Assembly: GCF_048593235.1 (NCBI RefSeq)
Contig: NC_133618.1
Coordinates: 58,438,478 to 58,502,477 of the forward strand
Direction: 5' to 3'
From: Sminthopsis crassicaudata
Taxonomy: Eukaryota
Length of the DNA stretch: 64,000 nucleotides
The notes below the pieces were generated by a model. It did no database searches. It was given only the letters and a program-made list of their open reading frames with translations, and was not told where the DNA came from. Shown in pieces: positions 25,137-40,862 of this stretch (positions within the stretch are counted from its first letter, which is position 1; the number at the start of each line of letters is the position of its first letter). The position numbers were made by a program, and so were the translations under genes.

Positions 25137-26580
25137 TTATTCTGTTTGCAATTATGTGACCAACTCACCCCACCTAAGAGAGTGGCGCTGGGCAACTCCC
25201 CCTCCCCCCCGACGCCTGAGAACCGTGAGAGTGCCCGTGGGGAACAAGACAAGAGGGAATCCAGGGAACCAGCAGCCATAGGCCACCATCCCTCAGCGGG
25301 CTGCAAAGTGGGGAGAACGTCACCTTCTACTTTGGCAGTCTGTAGCCAGACACTCTGAGCAGCTGGCTAACAACATGTCCACACCCTGCAGCCTGACCCA
25401 CTGTCCCACCTCTGACATTTCTGCAATAAGGATGAAAGTCATAAATACCAGACCTGCATGTCTAGATCAAGGGCCAAGAGTGGGCACCAGGAGGGAATTT
25501 CTGTTTTCCCAGAAGCGCCTCCAAGATCCCTCTTGGAGAGGACCAGTCACCTTAACTAGGTCTGAGACGAGCAGCTGCTGCTTTCAGCCAAGCTGACTTG
25601 ACAATCGGTTCCCAAACATGGCTCCCATAGTCCCACTTGGAAGCTTGGGGGGAGAAACAATACATCTTTGGCTTTTGTCCTGCCATTAATATGTCTTTGT
25701 TGCAGGTCTCCCTAATACACTGTAATGCTACCCCTAAATCCTGTTACCCTCCAGTCCTTGCCCACCACCTGGTGACTTGATGCTTTGATGTGACACCAAC
25801 TTTGCCCTCCATCTGGTCTGTTCCTCTACCTGCCCCGTCTGTCTTACATTACAGCCTTATGTTGCTTCAAGGAGTGACTAAAAGGATGTCCTTGGTGGAA
25901 TGGGAAGATATTGTAACAGAGATGGTAGCTTAGAGTTTCCTTTGAGATGTAAAACCTCCTTATATAGGATGGAGAAGAAAACCCTAGACCACGAGTCTCA
26001 GAAGAAAAAAGGAGCTAGAAGGGGAGCAAGACAAGGACTAAAAGATGATGTAGTGAAGGAGCTGAAGAAAGGGGCTGAAAGACAGTTAGGCTTACAGCAA
26101 CAATTTCTTTCAACTTTCCCAAGCTTACAATTTCTAACATGTTTCCCTCAAAGCAGTAAAACAACTTAAATAGTTTGGTAGTAAAGTCAGAGAAAGTAGT
26201 AAAAACTCTTCAGAGACAGGGAAAAGCTGGGTCCTGTAGCGGACATTGGAAGAGGGAAAGCCTCACTTGGAAGAATGAGATGGCAGCCAAAAAAAGGAGA
26301 ACCTGGAACAATTCTTGGGTTTGCAGAAGGCAGGACAGAACTGAATTGGGAGCCATTCGAAAACCAGAAGAGATCCCCGGAGGATGTTCACAGTAGGCAC
26401 ATGATTTCACAAACTCTTGGTCCCTGTCTCTAAAATAAGTGGTAACCTGTGCTCTCATGTTGACAGAAAGAGCAGATCCATTCCCACAAAATGCACTCTG
26501 TTCCCCAGATAAATTTCCATGGGCTAGCATCCAGGTCCAATTTGGATCACAGTGAATTACTGATAAATGAGAAAAACTTA

Positions 26581-26670
<90 letters not shown>

Positions 26671-27269
26671 TTACAACAAAAGAAGGGAGAGAAAACACTG
26701 AAGTTAACAAAACACACCCAAAACTTTCTCTGGGTTGTCAGGTAACACAACTATGTTTTTCCTGGAGACCCTGACCCCTGATGAAAGCAAAAGGCACTTT
26801 TGCATCTGTGGGAGATGGAGGGTGCTTCTGTGCAACACTCCTGCTGGCAATCCCAGATTCCCCAGTACAGTATCAATATGGGGCAAGAGTAAAAGCACAC
26901 TGGTGGTGGGGGAGAGAACAAGATGGATGTGACTCACATCTCTGGACAGAAGCTATAAAAAATAAAGCTCTGGAATTACTCTCTGGGTAATGCCCACAAG
27001 ACTGTGGGGCTGCGGAGAGAGGACCCTAGATCCTTCTATCTCATTGCACTGCTTCTATATCAAAATCACTTTGGATCCATCAATCTTTTCAATCTTGGAG
27101 GTTGAATACTTTTTAAAGAACTTTGAGAACCCCAAGAACCCTGTGTCTGTGAATCTGGAAGCATATGGTTCCAAGGACTTCACTGATGCTACAGGTATTA
27201 TGTACAGAACATCATATACCACAAGGTAATTCTAGATTTCAACAGAAAAAGCAGGAAAACTGATATTTT

Positions 27270-27415
27270 TTTTTTTTTTTCCTTTCTGAGGCTGGGGCTA
27301 AATGACTTGCCCAGGGTCACACAGCTAGGAAGTGTTAAGTGTCTGAGACCAGATTTGAACTCTGTCCTCCTGAATTCAAGGCTGGTGCTCCATCCACTGC
27401 GCCACCTAGCTGTCC
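27270..27415 (-). mobile_element. Young WSINE1-type SINE
   Basis: TSD CAGGAAAACTGATATTTT flanks both ends. Confidence 0.92.
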
Positions 27416-30400
27416 CAGGAAAACTGATATTTTGTAGCAAGAACAGTCCCTTAATAAACTGAAACTTAAGTCACTTTTCTGTTCTTATTCCAACTATGGC
27501 GAAACAATGACATTGCAGCTTAAGTGAAATTACTGCACTCTACCTGCATAAAAAATCATTATGTCATTGCCCAAATCCACCAAAGGAACACAAGGCTGTA
27601 TGTCAATGGGACAGGTTCACACAGTTACAAAATAAAAGTGACCCTGTAGCTGGTTGCCTGCTTAATACATATAGACCTGCTCAGAGACCATGAGTAGGAG
27701 GCTAGGAAACATGGGAGAGGGCAAGGAGGTCTGGGTGGAAGTCCAGCTCTAACATTTAAGCACTGGATGACCTTTAATTTGATGACATGTAAAATAGGGA
27801 CAATGATACTTGCATTATGGACCACCCAGCATTGTCAGCAAGAAAGCATCTTATGAACTCCAAAGTGGCCCTAGAGATGTGAGCATTCTGCTCTGATTAG
27901 ACCCCATGGAGGCCATTACTAAATTAAACAGAGATTGGGGGACTGGTAAACACACCATCAAAAAGGCTGACAAAAGAAAGGATGCATGTTTAGCCTGAAG
28001 AAAAGAAGACTCAGAGCAGACAAGACCATTATTTTAGAGTATTTAAAAGGTTACTACTTTATTCAATGTTTTTTTGCTTATTTCCAAACAGCAAAACCAG
28101 GAATAATAGTGCTGCTTATAGGAGACTGGGAATCTTTAGAAAAATCTATCTAACAGTTGGATTTATACCCAAATAAGTTTCTTCAAGAAATGGAGGTATC
28201 TCCATTATTAGCACAATGACTCCTTGTCAAGCCCCTGAGGGTTGGGGGATGGAGATAGAGGAAAGGATTCTAGTTCAGATAGATAGACTACACTAGATAT
28301 TCTTGGAGATCCCTTTTAGCAATGCAATTCTATGGAAGTGATGAATACTGAGAAGTATGGAAAGACCTCTATCAACTGATGAAGTGAAGGAAGACCCAAG
28401 AAAACAAAAGGCATGGTGATTATAACAACGGAAAGAACATCATACTGAAAATCGCTAGTAAATTTAGCAAAATCATCAAGCTCAGGCAGGATTCCAGTGG
28501 AGAAAGATGAAAAGATACCCCCTCCTATCTGGAGATTACACAGGGGTTTCAGAGTTTTCCAAGGAATAGATCAGTTGTGCTGACTTTTCTGTCCTCTCTA
28601 AAAAAATACTATTTGTTACACGGGATGGTTCTCTGAGAAGAATAGGGAGAGACACTAAGGTGATGTAAGGGAATAAAAATTTACACTCCTGGTAATTGAT
28701 GGTGTTTCCAATTCACACAGTCAGTATATGAACTTCAGTTAGTCCCCAAATGCCCAGAAGATGAAGGTAAAGAACATGTGATTCAGGGTGGGAAATACAA
28801 TTCAAGATCAATTACTGTAAGATATGAATTTGTTCTTAGAAGAGGAAAAAAATCACTATCAATTATTCTTTCATGGGTTCAGAATGCTTCATGTGTCAAT
28901 ACATGTCAACACACACAATATATCTGTATCTACGAATCTTTATCTTCCAGTTATTTTCTCCCTCCTCAATCACTGTATCTGTGCCAATGCTAGTACCTGT
29001 GGTATCCCCCCAGTATCTCTGAGGGCAGGAATTATTTCTTATTGATATCCCTAGAGCAGAGTCTAGCACGATATCTTGACCACAGCATGCACTAAGAGAT
29101 GGCTGTTGGGACTGCTGAGGCCCAGTGAGTGTCTGTGGGGCAGGAGTCCCTTTGCCTGGGGGCCTGCACAGGTGATCCTCAGGGCTCATCCTCAATGGCT
29201 TACACCCTCCCAGCTGGGTACAAAGAGCACAGAAAATACTGGTCACAGTCCCTACTAAAGTCCATGTAAACCATCAGAGACGCTGATGAAGAAAAGGCCC
29301 GAGACAGGGGTTCCTCTGAAGGAGTAAGTTAGAGTTTTTTGAATGCCAGCTTTAGTACTTCAAAGAGTCACAATTTTCTAATGTGAATGATTTAGAGCTT
29401 TGTGAAGCCCCTTTCGTTCTTGGATGGCCTTTGGGTATTTCATCAGCTTAGAGCTAATCTTTCTCCCTTTGGTGTGGATGGGCCTTTGGATGAGAGAGAG
29501 ATGTCAATCAAACCCTAACCAAAATTTTGGTAGGAAGCAGCAAGTTATGGTGGGAAAAGTGTCTGACTTATAGGCAGATGGCCTGGGTTCAAATTTTGCC
29601 TTTGACAGAAGAAAATAAGCTGCACAGCCATACATGACCATTCACGGGCTCAATTCCTCATTTTCCCAATGAGGAAACCTAAGTGTCCTTCCTGGTTCAG
29701 AAGATACGAGCTAAGTGATTCAGACTTCCCTGTGCTCTCGTTGCAGCTTGCTGGAGGCAGCCAGAATGTGCTGATTGAGAACCTTAGGCTGCCCATCAGG
29801 AAACTCTAGGGGCTGTGGGAGTCAGAGATCCCATCCAACAGGCTGCTAGAGCCTAGTCACTTGCTCCTAAACCTGAGGGACCCACGGCTCACCTGAAACC
29901 TTAGTTCTCATAGATAAGTACTCACAGTGAATACAAACCGCTTCTGGCCATAAGACTTGGGCTCAATTAGAGATACAACATGCTCAGACATTCAATAATA
30001 TAATCGCTCAGTTAGCTAAAAGTTAAAGAAAATAGCTTTCTACTTAGCATCTCTCATGGCCTAGTATGATTCTCGTCACTAAGTTAGTTGAAGTTTCTCA
30101 ATGCTTTAAGACTAACTGTAAATGATTTCTCCTTTGACACAGAGGTAAAAGCAAATGGTAACATTTGTACCGATTACAGATCACCTTCCAGGAGGCATAC
30201 AGCTTGGAAAGTGAATGTTTTTCAGGACTTTCCCTCTGGCTTTGGAGCTTTTTGATTATGAAGCACAGAGCAGGGTTGCATCATTCACGAGGAGTGATAA
30301 CTTATGCCTGCTCCAAGATGACCTTTTTCTATACTCCCCCAGTCTCACCGAGAGGCTACAAGGATCCTCTGCCATCCAGAAGCCAGCACAGGGAGGCGCA

Positions 30401-31284
30401 GCCCTTCCCAGGACAGCACCACCACCCAGGAAAGAGGCAGAAAACTACAAGAGTGAGTAGAGAGACTCAAAGGCTGAACAAAATGGTTCCTTGGTTTTCC
30501 TTGGAAAACATCCATTTTTTCCTAACTTGGGGAAGACAACCGACTGGCGATGACCCAGAGGGCACCAGTTGTTAAGCGATGCCCAAAGCAGACACCGAGA
30601 CTAGTGGTAAGTGACCATGGAGGAAAAAGGCAAAAGAAAGGCAATCAGCGAATTGGGCCAACAGCCTTGTCCACTCGAGCAGGTCCTAACGGTTTCACAC
30701 GCTGCATTCTGTACTAGAAGCTCCTAGCCCCACAGTGCCCAAGGACAATGTAGAGAACGTTCTGTACATTGGGGACCAAAGAAACCCTTCTGCACTATAA
30801 ACTCATTTTCAGAGGAAGGCCACCCCCTGGTTTCCTTCTGTTAGGGTGTTTTGTTAAATTTGAGCCATCTCAAGATTGTGGGACCCCCAAGGACCCCACT
30901 TGTAGTAAGAGCTTTTAGAGTCTCAGATGAGAAGGCTGAATAAAAATGATGGAGCAACAATGTCCATGATGGTAAACAAGGAAATATTCTGTTATACAGC
31001 TGTGAGGAGAATGCTAAGCTCATTCAATCCTTACTAATGAGAGTTGTGAGTGTGTAAGATTGGAGCTTTTTGCTGAGGGACAGAAGAGCTCACCTGGCCT
31101 GATGATGCAGAAGGACCTATTTCTTTCCCCTAACATGCAGTGCAGGACAAAAGAAAGGCCTTGAGAGCTGGAGTCAGTTCTGGGTTCAAATCCCAGTTCT
31201 GCCCCATTGGGGAAGTCCCTTCTCCCCCGTGAGCCACTGAAAAGAGAATCCTTAGAAATGCCTCTTTCCCATCAGATGTACTTA

Positions 31285-31383
<99 letters not shown>

Positions 31384-31640
31384 TTACTCAATTTTTGTGG
31401 GAACCAGATGATTGTCACCTAACCCACAGGGGATCTCAGCTCGTTCTGCCTACCTTCCCCAACTCCAACCCAATAAACATTTATTAAGCCTTATTATAAG
31501 TCAGGCACTCAGCTACAAAGAAGTGGTAAAAGAAGCCCCTTCAAGCTTACCAGCTAATCATCTCCTCCTCCCCCATCCCTCCTCCCCCCAACTTCATTAG
31601 AGTTTGACAAGCTCTTCTGAATGTAAGGAACTGTGTTTAC

Positions 31641-31706
31641 CGAAGGAAGGATCCGAATCTTGCAAGTCACTGGTTTGCAAATCCCTTTAACAAGGGTATT
31701 CAAAAT
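31641..31706 (-). CDS. DUS2: DUS2 coding exon 7 (ILNTLVKGICKPVTCKIRILPS)
   Basis: 66 nt, tgtAG/GTAAAC sites; PVTCKIR motif. Confidence 0.96.
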
Positions 31707-32734
31707 CTACAGGGAGGGGGAGAATACAATCTGTTATTTCCTTAGTTAAAATCAGCAAGTTGTTACAGAAGTTGTTTAAGATGGGAAAACTAGACCTGCA
31801 TAATCCCAGGAACTAGCCTCTCTGAGGGGGCAGAAGGGGCGTAGTGATTGGCTCTGGCCCCCTGGACGCCTCCTCCGTGCTCTCTGCAGCCATGGGCCTG
31901 CTGTCCCCGTCTGTTTGGGTCCAGAACTCGGCCCCCTATAGCCAGTCACCCCTCCGTCCCCTCCTGCTCATGCACACCCCTGATGTTTCACCCTGTTCAC
32001 TCGCCCGGGAAGCCTTGGCGACGGGCTGTATGACTTATGCTCAATCCCCATCACTGCAGCCATCATCACCATCATCAACGCCAGTGTCTATGTAACATTT
32101 TAAGGCTTTCAAACAGCATCTCATTTGATCCGGAAAATTTCCCTGTGAGGGGGTGCTATTATTATCCCCATTTTACAAATGAGGGAACAGGCTGAAAAAA
32201 GTTACGAGACTCACTCAAAGTCACACTACTTCACAGAATTGTTTGTGAGGATGAAACAAGATATCCAAAGACATTTTGCCCAATAAATGCAAATTTCTGT
32301 CACTAATATATCCTCTTCCAGCGCTGTCCAGGGCAATGAAAGGTTGGGTGATGTGTTCTGGTCAAAAAAGCTGGGCTTGAGGATGGGTCTATCCACTGAA
32401 CTGAACTGCCTCTCCACGAGCTGTTACGGTTATCTCTCTGGTAGCATAATAGCTCTGGGGGTCTGAGATAGACTTAGGTGAAGTCTGAACACCTTAAGAA
32501 TATAATAAATATCCAGACTAGGAGTGAACAAGCAGGAAAGCTTTGAAATTTGCCCAACTTGCCCAGTGTGCATAGAGAAAGATATGGTGAGGAAGGGTCA
32601 GGACCTTGACTGACATCTTGTCCAAGCTGGGAATAGAAGGTAGGCTATTTATTTGAGGTAATTTCTGGAATCTGAATAAGGTTAGTAGGAATATGATGTG
32701 GGCTAGTTTAGGGAAGTGGGAATTATTCACTCAC

Positions 32735-32782
32735 CTTCTCAATTTTGTCAGGGTCAGAAAGAAGTGCTGCCCCCATTCCTCC
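32735..32782 (-). CDS. DUS2: DUS2 coding exon 6 (GGMGAALLSDPDKIEK)
   Basis: 48 nt, ttaAG/GTGAGT sites. Confidence 0.96.
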
Positions 32783-33824
32783 CTTAAGAAAAAGCACACG
32801 AGAAAAGATCTATTACAACCAATACACTATCAGCTCTCAGTACTGTCTTCATTTTTGCAAAGGACCTACTTCTGAGGAACTCAAGTTATTATCAAAGGAC
32901 AGCATTACTCTTCATTAATAACTCCTCTGCATTTAGAAGAAAAACCCATGTTAGGGATAAAAATATACAGGCTTGGGAGACAGTGCTCCCAAATCCCACA
33001 GTAAGTAAGAAAAGTATTAAAAACAAAAACAAATGGAAGGCCTGGAAGGGTTTCAACCTGCCCAGTGTATCCTGTTGTTCTCCCTTGCCCACCTAAAACA
33101 TCCTAAGTCTAAGGTTTTATAAGCTCTCTTCTCCTCTTCCCCAACCTATGACATCAAATCCAATTCAAGCTCTAACTAATGAAGGCCATTAGCCTCATGA
33201 AACATCTAAAACTGTGAAAACCAATGACTCACCTAGCATGCTGCCATATAATGGCAGTATGAGGGATTGGAGGAACAGAATTCAAGCAGGAATTATTCTA
33301 ACACATGTGCCAAGAATTAATGAGTGCCCATGGGACAATTCAAAAGATTTATTTGATATAATTAACTCTTTAATTTTATATTTGAGGAAAACAGATTAAA
33401 TATCAGAGGGATAATTAAACTTGTAAAGACTCATTTAAGCCGAGCCTGGGATGCTGGATGTGTCCGGAGTGACCATCTGCAGATGAGACTTGAGAATCTA
33501 ACCTGGTGACAGGCAACAGGTCTGAAGAGCTGGAAGATGCTCCTAAGAGTTCTTTATCTAACTGACCCAAAGAGCAAATGTACTGACATATATTATCTCA
33601 ATCAAGCCTCGCAACCACCTGAGAACGCTGAAGCTCAGAGCAGAAAAGCTGCCCGGCCCAGAGCCACATTGCCTGACAGTGTGTGAGGCAGGCTGTCTAG
33701 ACTCCCGAGGCCCATGCCTTCCACGAAGCTACAGCAGGGGTCAGCAAACCACAGCCTGAGGGCCACATGCAGCTGGACTCTACAGCTTGGGACCTGAGAT
33801 GTTTTGTTTTGTTTTGTTTTTTTG

Positions 33825-33861
<37 letters not shown>

Positions 33862-34287
33862 TTAATTACATTTCAAAATGTAAAAAATGTTCTTGGTTTC
33901 CAAGCTGTACAAAAACAAGTGACAGGCTGGATTTGGCCATCAGATTGTACTTGGTTTGTCAACCTTTATACCTCCCAGACCAAATAAAAGATACTTAAAG
34001 GATTATACAGCTCAAAAGGTAAAACATACTTGTTAAAGTAATTGAAAACAAATCTTCCTATCCCATGAGGTTGGGACTATGGAACATATTTATTGAACCC
34101 ACATAGTTCAGTCACTCAGTCTGTCACATTTGGGACTATCATTTCAAAGACAAAAGCAGATGATATAGATGAAATAGATAATAACTGAACGTATGACTTT
34201 CAATAAAAAATAAGTATAAAGATTTATTAAATACATAGAAATCACACATGATTAACTCTACATTTCTAAAGCAAAAAGGAAATGTCA

Positions 34288-34392
<105 letters not shown>

Positions 34393-35863
34393 TCAAAGAA
34401 AGAAGAAAGCATAAGTAAAAAAAGCAAGGGGGGGCAGTCAGGATAATCATGCAATAATAATTAGAGGCAACAGAGGGCCATCTGAGAGCTATACTGGTAT
34501 TCCCAGGAAATAAAAAGACCCTAAGGAGCCCTGCAATCTGCCAGGGTGACCCTCTGTAAAGGATTTCCCAAGAATGCAGAAGAAAATGGCGCTGATGGAT
34601 GGGAGGGGCTGTGGCCTGTGCTGGTGGGAGGAGTACACAAGGCACTGTCACAAGCCTCTCCAAGCAGAGATCTCCAGCTATGTCAGAGACACATATGACA
34701 ACGTTACTAGGTAATAAGGAAGCTGAGGAGTTCTGCCACTGAGCATCAAACCGAGGCACTTGAACATGGCGAGAGAAGGAAGTCCTGGCTATTCTGCCCT
34801 GGACCTGAGATGCAACCCTCCCTGATGAGGTCAGACCCTCCAAAGCCACATGTGCCCCAGGACCTTAGATGCACAACTGTGAGTCTCTGGGAGAGAAGCC
34901 AGGAGAGCTTCCTTTTTAGGGGAAGGGGGAAAGGCCACTGAAAGCCACTCTGGCCCGGAGCTGCTGAACCTTTAGGATGGGCACATGGGCTTTCCACTGT
35001 CCTCAATGGAAGCCATGATTACCTACTTCCTTTTCTACCCATGATTCCTCTGGTGCAGGCTGCCTCCCACCAAGGCAGACCCCAGCGGCTTTAGGAATGA
35101 AGTGTACCATCAGGAGTTGCTGTAGCTGGAAAGCCCCATGACCCTAATGGGGGGAGCCCCCCTAGAACCGAACATAGCTGTCAGCCCGAGGATCAGCCAC
35201 GTAGACCTTGCTTTCTGGGAGCTCCAAGGTAAAGCTTTTTCGGCTGGAGGAACCATCCTGGAACCCATGCAGTAACTCAAAGAGCATTTTCCTTACCACA
35301 GCCCAGAGAATAGGTGGGACAACAAGGGATTAACTGCATTATGCAGAGAGGGGAAACTCATGCTCCAAGGTCAAGGATAGCTCATTGTCTTTCCAGCACA
35401 CAAAGGGAGAAGAAAGCAGGTTTTCCTACCTGGTGTCATGTATATAAATAGCAGACGCTCAACATGTTCAGAAAAAGGAGTTAAGTCTGCCCTGACTTAG
35501 GAAGGGATCCACAAGCCCCACACTTGTTTACAAACCGCCCATTGTACCCTGCTGTATGTGGGACTCTAAGACTCCCTCAAATTGGCATCTTAGAAGAGAT
35601 TCGTTTGAAAAGTTGGCCCGTGCAGCTCAGAAGGTGGATCAACCACTTCAGGTCCTTGCCCCTCAGTCCCTGAGGTAGTCATGCACCTTGACCTTGATTT
35701 TAAAGTTCATCAGAGGGACTGAGGCAGCTCTGGACAGAAAGGGAATGGCCCACACTGGGTCAGAGCTGAGGGAGGGAAGTCTGAAATACCAATGCAGAGG
35801 TAAGGTGCCTCAGGTGCCTTGTGCTGTCAGGAAGACAAATGGCAAACTGGGGGCAGAACTTAC

Positions 35864-35907
35864 ACAAGTCTGGCCACAGCAAGGGCTCGCTCCGCATCTG
35901 CAGATCC
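35864..35907 (-). CDS. DUS2: DUS2 coding exon 4 (GSADAERALAVARLV)
   Basis: 44 nt, ccccAG/GTAAGT sites. Confidence 0.96.
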
Positions 35908-36742
35908 CTGGGGACACAAAATAAGACATTAATAACAGGCCTGCCAAGTGTATAGTCATAATATAATCTGGCTACTGTTCCCTTTTTCAAGGATGCTATC
36001 ATCAGTCATTAGTTGTTGTATAAATATTAATGTTTAAGAGATGAGAACATTTGAAAACTGGAGGATGGAGCTAATACTGACCCTTTTTAAGGCTGGAAGG
36101 GGATTGAAGATCTACTTGTGAGATGTTCAAATCAGAAAATAAAGGGGGAGCATTATAAACCCCAACCTGGAAAATAGGCTACCCACCAATTCACCTTTTT
36201 CTTTAAAGCATAAGGACACTGAGACCAAAGAGATTCACTAAGGTGCCACAGTCACCCAGGGAGGAAATGGCAAGGCTGTGAAATGACTCCCATCTTCAGA
36301 ATCCAGGGCCATTTCCTTGTATTGCACTGCCTCCCAGAGGCAGAGACATGAGAAAAAATTCTCTCCCCCAAAACCTGTCTTTCACAAGTTGAGGGAAAAA
36401 TCTGGGTATCAGTCTCTGGAAAAACCCAATTTTGTCTGTAAGAAACAGTTAGAGGAGAATAATATGAAGACCCAGGAGAGAGTCATGAGGAGTATCAGGA
36501 ATTAAAGATAAATAACTTGTGTTAAACAGGTGGGTTTTTTTTTTAAGTATATAAAAATTAAATTCTCAAAAAAGAAAAATACACCAGCTCAAATATAATG
36601 GATTATAATATGTGTTTGTAATTCTTAGAAAAACTACAATTTATGCCTTAGGGACCACAATGGGGTCATGATATAATTAATAATGATGATGATAACAATA
36701 GATAGTATTTATACAGCACTTTAGAGCCTGCAAGTTGCTTTA

Positions 36743-37066
<324 letters not shown>

Positions 37067-37149
37067 TCAAAGAACAACAATCTCATCACTATGCCTGGAA
37101 CACAGAAGGTTCTTTAAAGTGTTTACTTAGTGATGATATTTTCTCATTG

Positions 37150-37610
37150 GTTATTCTTTTTTTTAATTATAGCTTTTTATCGACAAAACATGTGCATGGG
37201 TAATTTTTCAACATTGACCCTTGCAAAAACTTCTGTTCCAACTTTTCCTCTCCTACCTTCCACCCTCTCCCCTAGATGGCAGGTAGTCCCATATATGTTC
37301 AATATGTTAAAGTAGATGTTAAATACAATATATATACATATTTATACAGTTGTCTTGCTACACAAGAAAAATTGGATTTAGAAAGAAGGTAAAAATAACC
37401 TGGGAAGAAAAACAAAAATGCAAGCAAACAATAACAGAAAGAGTGCAATGTTGTGGTCTACACTTATTTCCCAGTGTTTTTCCCTGGGTGTAGCTGGTTC
37501 TGTTCATTACTGATCAATTAGAACTGATTTGGATCCTCTCATTGTTGAAAATGGCCACATCCATCAGAATTGATCTTCATCTAGTCTTATTATTGAAGTG
37601 TATTTATTGG
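37150..37610 (-). mobile_element. Marsupial L1 3' end
   Basis: Similar to the 1550-1975 and 40863-41300 copies. Confidence 0.83.
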
Positions 37611-37849
37611 CTCTACTAATGAACGAAATGAAAGTGAAGAATCATTGTGACAAGAAGAGATCAATGATCTTGAAGCTGATTTCCTCACCTGTCTAATGAG
37701 GTTCAGGGAATAAATGAATTGTAAAGACTCTTCCAGATCTAAAATTAATTCTATTAAGGAAAAACATATTATTTTACATGGATCTGTAACTGCCTTTCAG
37801 ATTTTATAGACAGGTAGAAGGCAAACTTTCACATACAGAAACATCTTAA

Positions 37850-39780
37850 TAACTCAGCACCATGTGGAACTGGATTGTCTATACAAAGGAATTTTCCAGA
37901 TAATCCTACTCAATGTCCACACTGTGACCTCTAGTCCCTAGATCCCTCAATTCTCTCCCGGGTCATCTCTCTTACATGAGTCACTCTTTCCTCTTCTATC
38001 TTGATGCCTTAGTGAATTGATTCACCCCATACTCTTTACTTGAATCCCTAGATTCTTTAGTATATGGTGATTACATCTGGCCAAGCCTCAGCATTGGATC
38101 ACTCCTGCTGCATTTGCTACCTTCACTCCTACATATGTACAGCTAAATGAAGGTGGAAACACGCAATCGTTCTTCTATAACCTCAACTGAGCCCTCACTG
38201 CAGCCAGCTAATCCTACTTTATCTTTCTTATCAATTCATTATCCTACTCCACAACAGATCTTTCAAACTTTTGAATCTCTCTTCAAACCTCCCTCAGCTC
38301 TCTACTTACTCTCTCTTCTCAGAACTTGACTTTACAGAAAAAATTGGGGCCATTCACCATGAACTCCCTGTTCTTCCTTCTTCCTCATTTCCTATCACTC
38401 AGGTGTCTTCAGCCATTCTTTCCTCTTTATCAAGGACAACTTCTCTATTTAAGAGATCCCATTCCATCTCATCTCCTCCACACTGCACCTTTTGTCACCC
38501 CTGCTTTTTCATTTATTTTCAAACTCTAATGGCTCTTTTAGTGCTTACAAACTTGGTTGTGTTCCTCTGTCCTGTAGACAAACACCACAAAACCACTGTA
38601 CTTGATCCATCTGCAATAACTATGAGGTGTCCCCATTTTCACTCCTCTTCTTCTCTTCTTAATTCCCTTCCAATCTCATCCTTCTTCTGACACTGCTCTC
38701 TCCAAAGTTATGATCTTCTCTTTACTGAATCCAATGGCCTTTTCTCCGTTCTCACTCTCCTGGGCTCTTTCACTCGTTCTTCCTTGACACTGGTTTTCAG
38801 GACATTTTCTTCCTCTCTGTCTGGTCCTTCTCTGTCTCCTCTATGGTTCCTCCTCCAGATCTTGCCCCCTTTATGGATTTCCCACAGGGCTCTGTCTCGG
38901 GGGCTTTTCTTTCCTCCTTTGGTATTGATTCACTAGTGATCTCATCTGCTCCTATGGATTTCATTACTATGAGGATGTTTTTCACATCTTCCTCTGCTTG
39001 CCCCAACCTCTCTGCTGACCTCCATTTGTGAATCTCCACATGTCTTTTAGACATTTCAAACTGGGGGTCCAAAAGACATCTTAAACTCAATGTTTTCAAA
39101 ACAGAACTCATCATGCTTCCCGAAAGTCCTCCTTCCCTCCTCCCTTCTCTGTGGTTGTAGAGGGCAGACATTCCTCCCTGAAGGCTCAAAAACCTGGAGT
39201 CCTCTTGGATGCCTCATTCTTGCACACCCGGTACTGCTGAGTTCTTCCCCACAGAGTCTCCATCCCCGGGGGCACTCTTTTTACCTCACTCCTGGAGCAC
39301 TATAATAGCCTGCAGCAATCTCTTCCCACTTCAACTAGTCACTAAGGTGCTAAGCCTAAAACAGTGGTCCAATCATAAACTCCAAGGGCTCCCTAATGCC
39401 CTTCATTATCGAGCCTTCCCCTATCTTTCTACTTTTCTCATAAGTTACTCCCACTACATATTCTGACTGAGTGATGTTGGGCTCTGGGCCATCTCTCAGC
39501 TCCAGGAATTTTCTAGTCCGGTATACTCTTCTTCCTCCCCTCTGGCGGCTCAGCCAAAATTTTGCCTTCTACAATAAGTCTTTTCTCAACTCCTCTTAAT
39601 TCTAGTGACTTCTCTCTATTAGTTATTTCTTATTTATCATAGATATAGTTTGTATATATTGTTTGCTTCTTTTCTGCCCCATTAGATGGTAAGGTCCTTG
39701 AGGGAAGGAATTGTCTTTTGCCTCTTTTTGTGTCCCCAGTGGCACAGTGCTGACATACTGTAGGAGCTTAAATTTTTATT
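37850..39780 (+). mobile_element. Long degraded LINE-2 (L2) fragment
   Basis: Pyrimidine-rich plus strand with typical L2 ORF2/3' motifs, ending in ...aaggtccttgagggaagg...cccagtggcacagtgc... Confidence 0.75.
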
Positions 39781-40862
39781 TAATTTTTACTGATTGATAA
39801 CTGAAGCTTATCCCAATAGCATTAATGACAATTAGTAATAGGAATGTTATCATTATAATAAATCTATTAGAGATAATGTGACACAGTAGATACTTGCCAT
39901 TCTCTGGAACGGGGTGTGTGTGTCTGGAAAGCATCTTGGATTTAGAGTTGGGAGGCCCTGGGCTGGAACCAGGGCTTTGCTACTTACTGCTTGAAGACCT
40001 TGGATAAGTCTGGTACTCAGAACAATATCTGGCCTGCAGGAGGATTTGACTTTAAGTCTCTGAAATTCATCTGTAAAATGAAGGGGCTGGAAAAAGCACT
40101 GTCAGCTCTAAATGTGACTCAGGTCCATCCCTCAGCTCTATGCACTTAGCACAGACAATACTGAGCTGAGGCAGTGGAGGTAATTACCATGCTGGGAGCT
40201 CCATCCTCTCCTCTGTTATGCTATTATATCTGTTAATCACCACCAGCCGATATTAATCTTTTCTGATGATCCAGGAGGAAGATTAATCATGATATATGCC
40301 CAAAGGATATTTTAGGATGATTCCTCAGAATAAAAAATTGGCCCCAGTGATTTTAAGGCCAAGTTATGTCCAAGACTCACATGTACTTTATTAAACCAAT
40401 AGCTGTAAGGCTTTGATGCTTTTTGGCATTCTTCCATGATTAGAAATAAGATATCTGGGCCAAAAAAAAAAAAAAAAAAAAAGTGTCTCTGGAAAACCTT
40501 CTTCTTCTGTCTAGGAGTAAGTTTCCTTTTCTTGTTCCTATGTTTAAATTCTAAGAATTTCAGTTTCTTCATCTTCCCTGACAGTTTAGGTGCAATTGAT
40601 TGCGATTTCCCCCCATTTGTCACTCATTCAGAATCTGACTCTGTGGAAGAAATTGCTTATGTATTGAACTGAATTCACTTTGCACAGGCTTTTCCTTCTG
40701 CTAAAAATGCTCTTCCACCTCAATTCATCTCAGATCCATCTCTGGATTCCCCTTCAAGGTTCCGCTCAGGTGTTCCTTTGAGAGGCCTTTCTGCCCTAAG
40801 TTGTTAGTGCTGCCCCACCTGTCCTATTTCTTTGTATTTCTTTTGCACATATCCTGTATTGA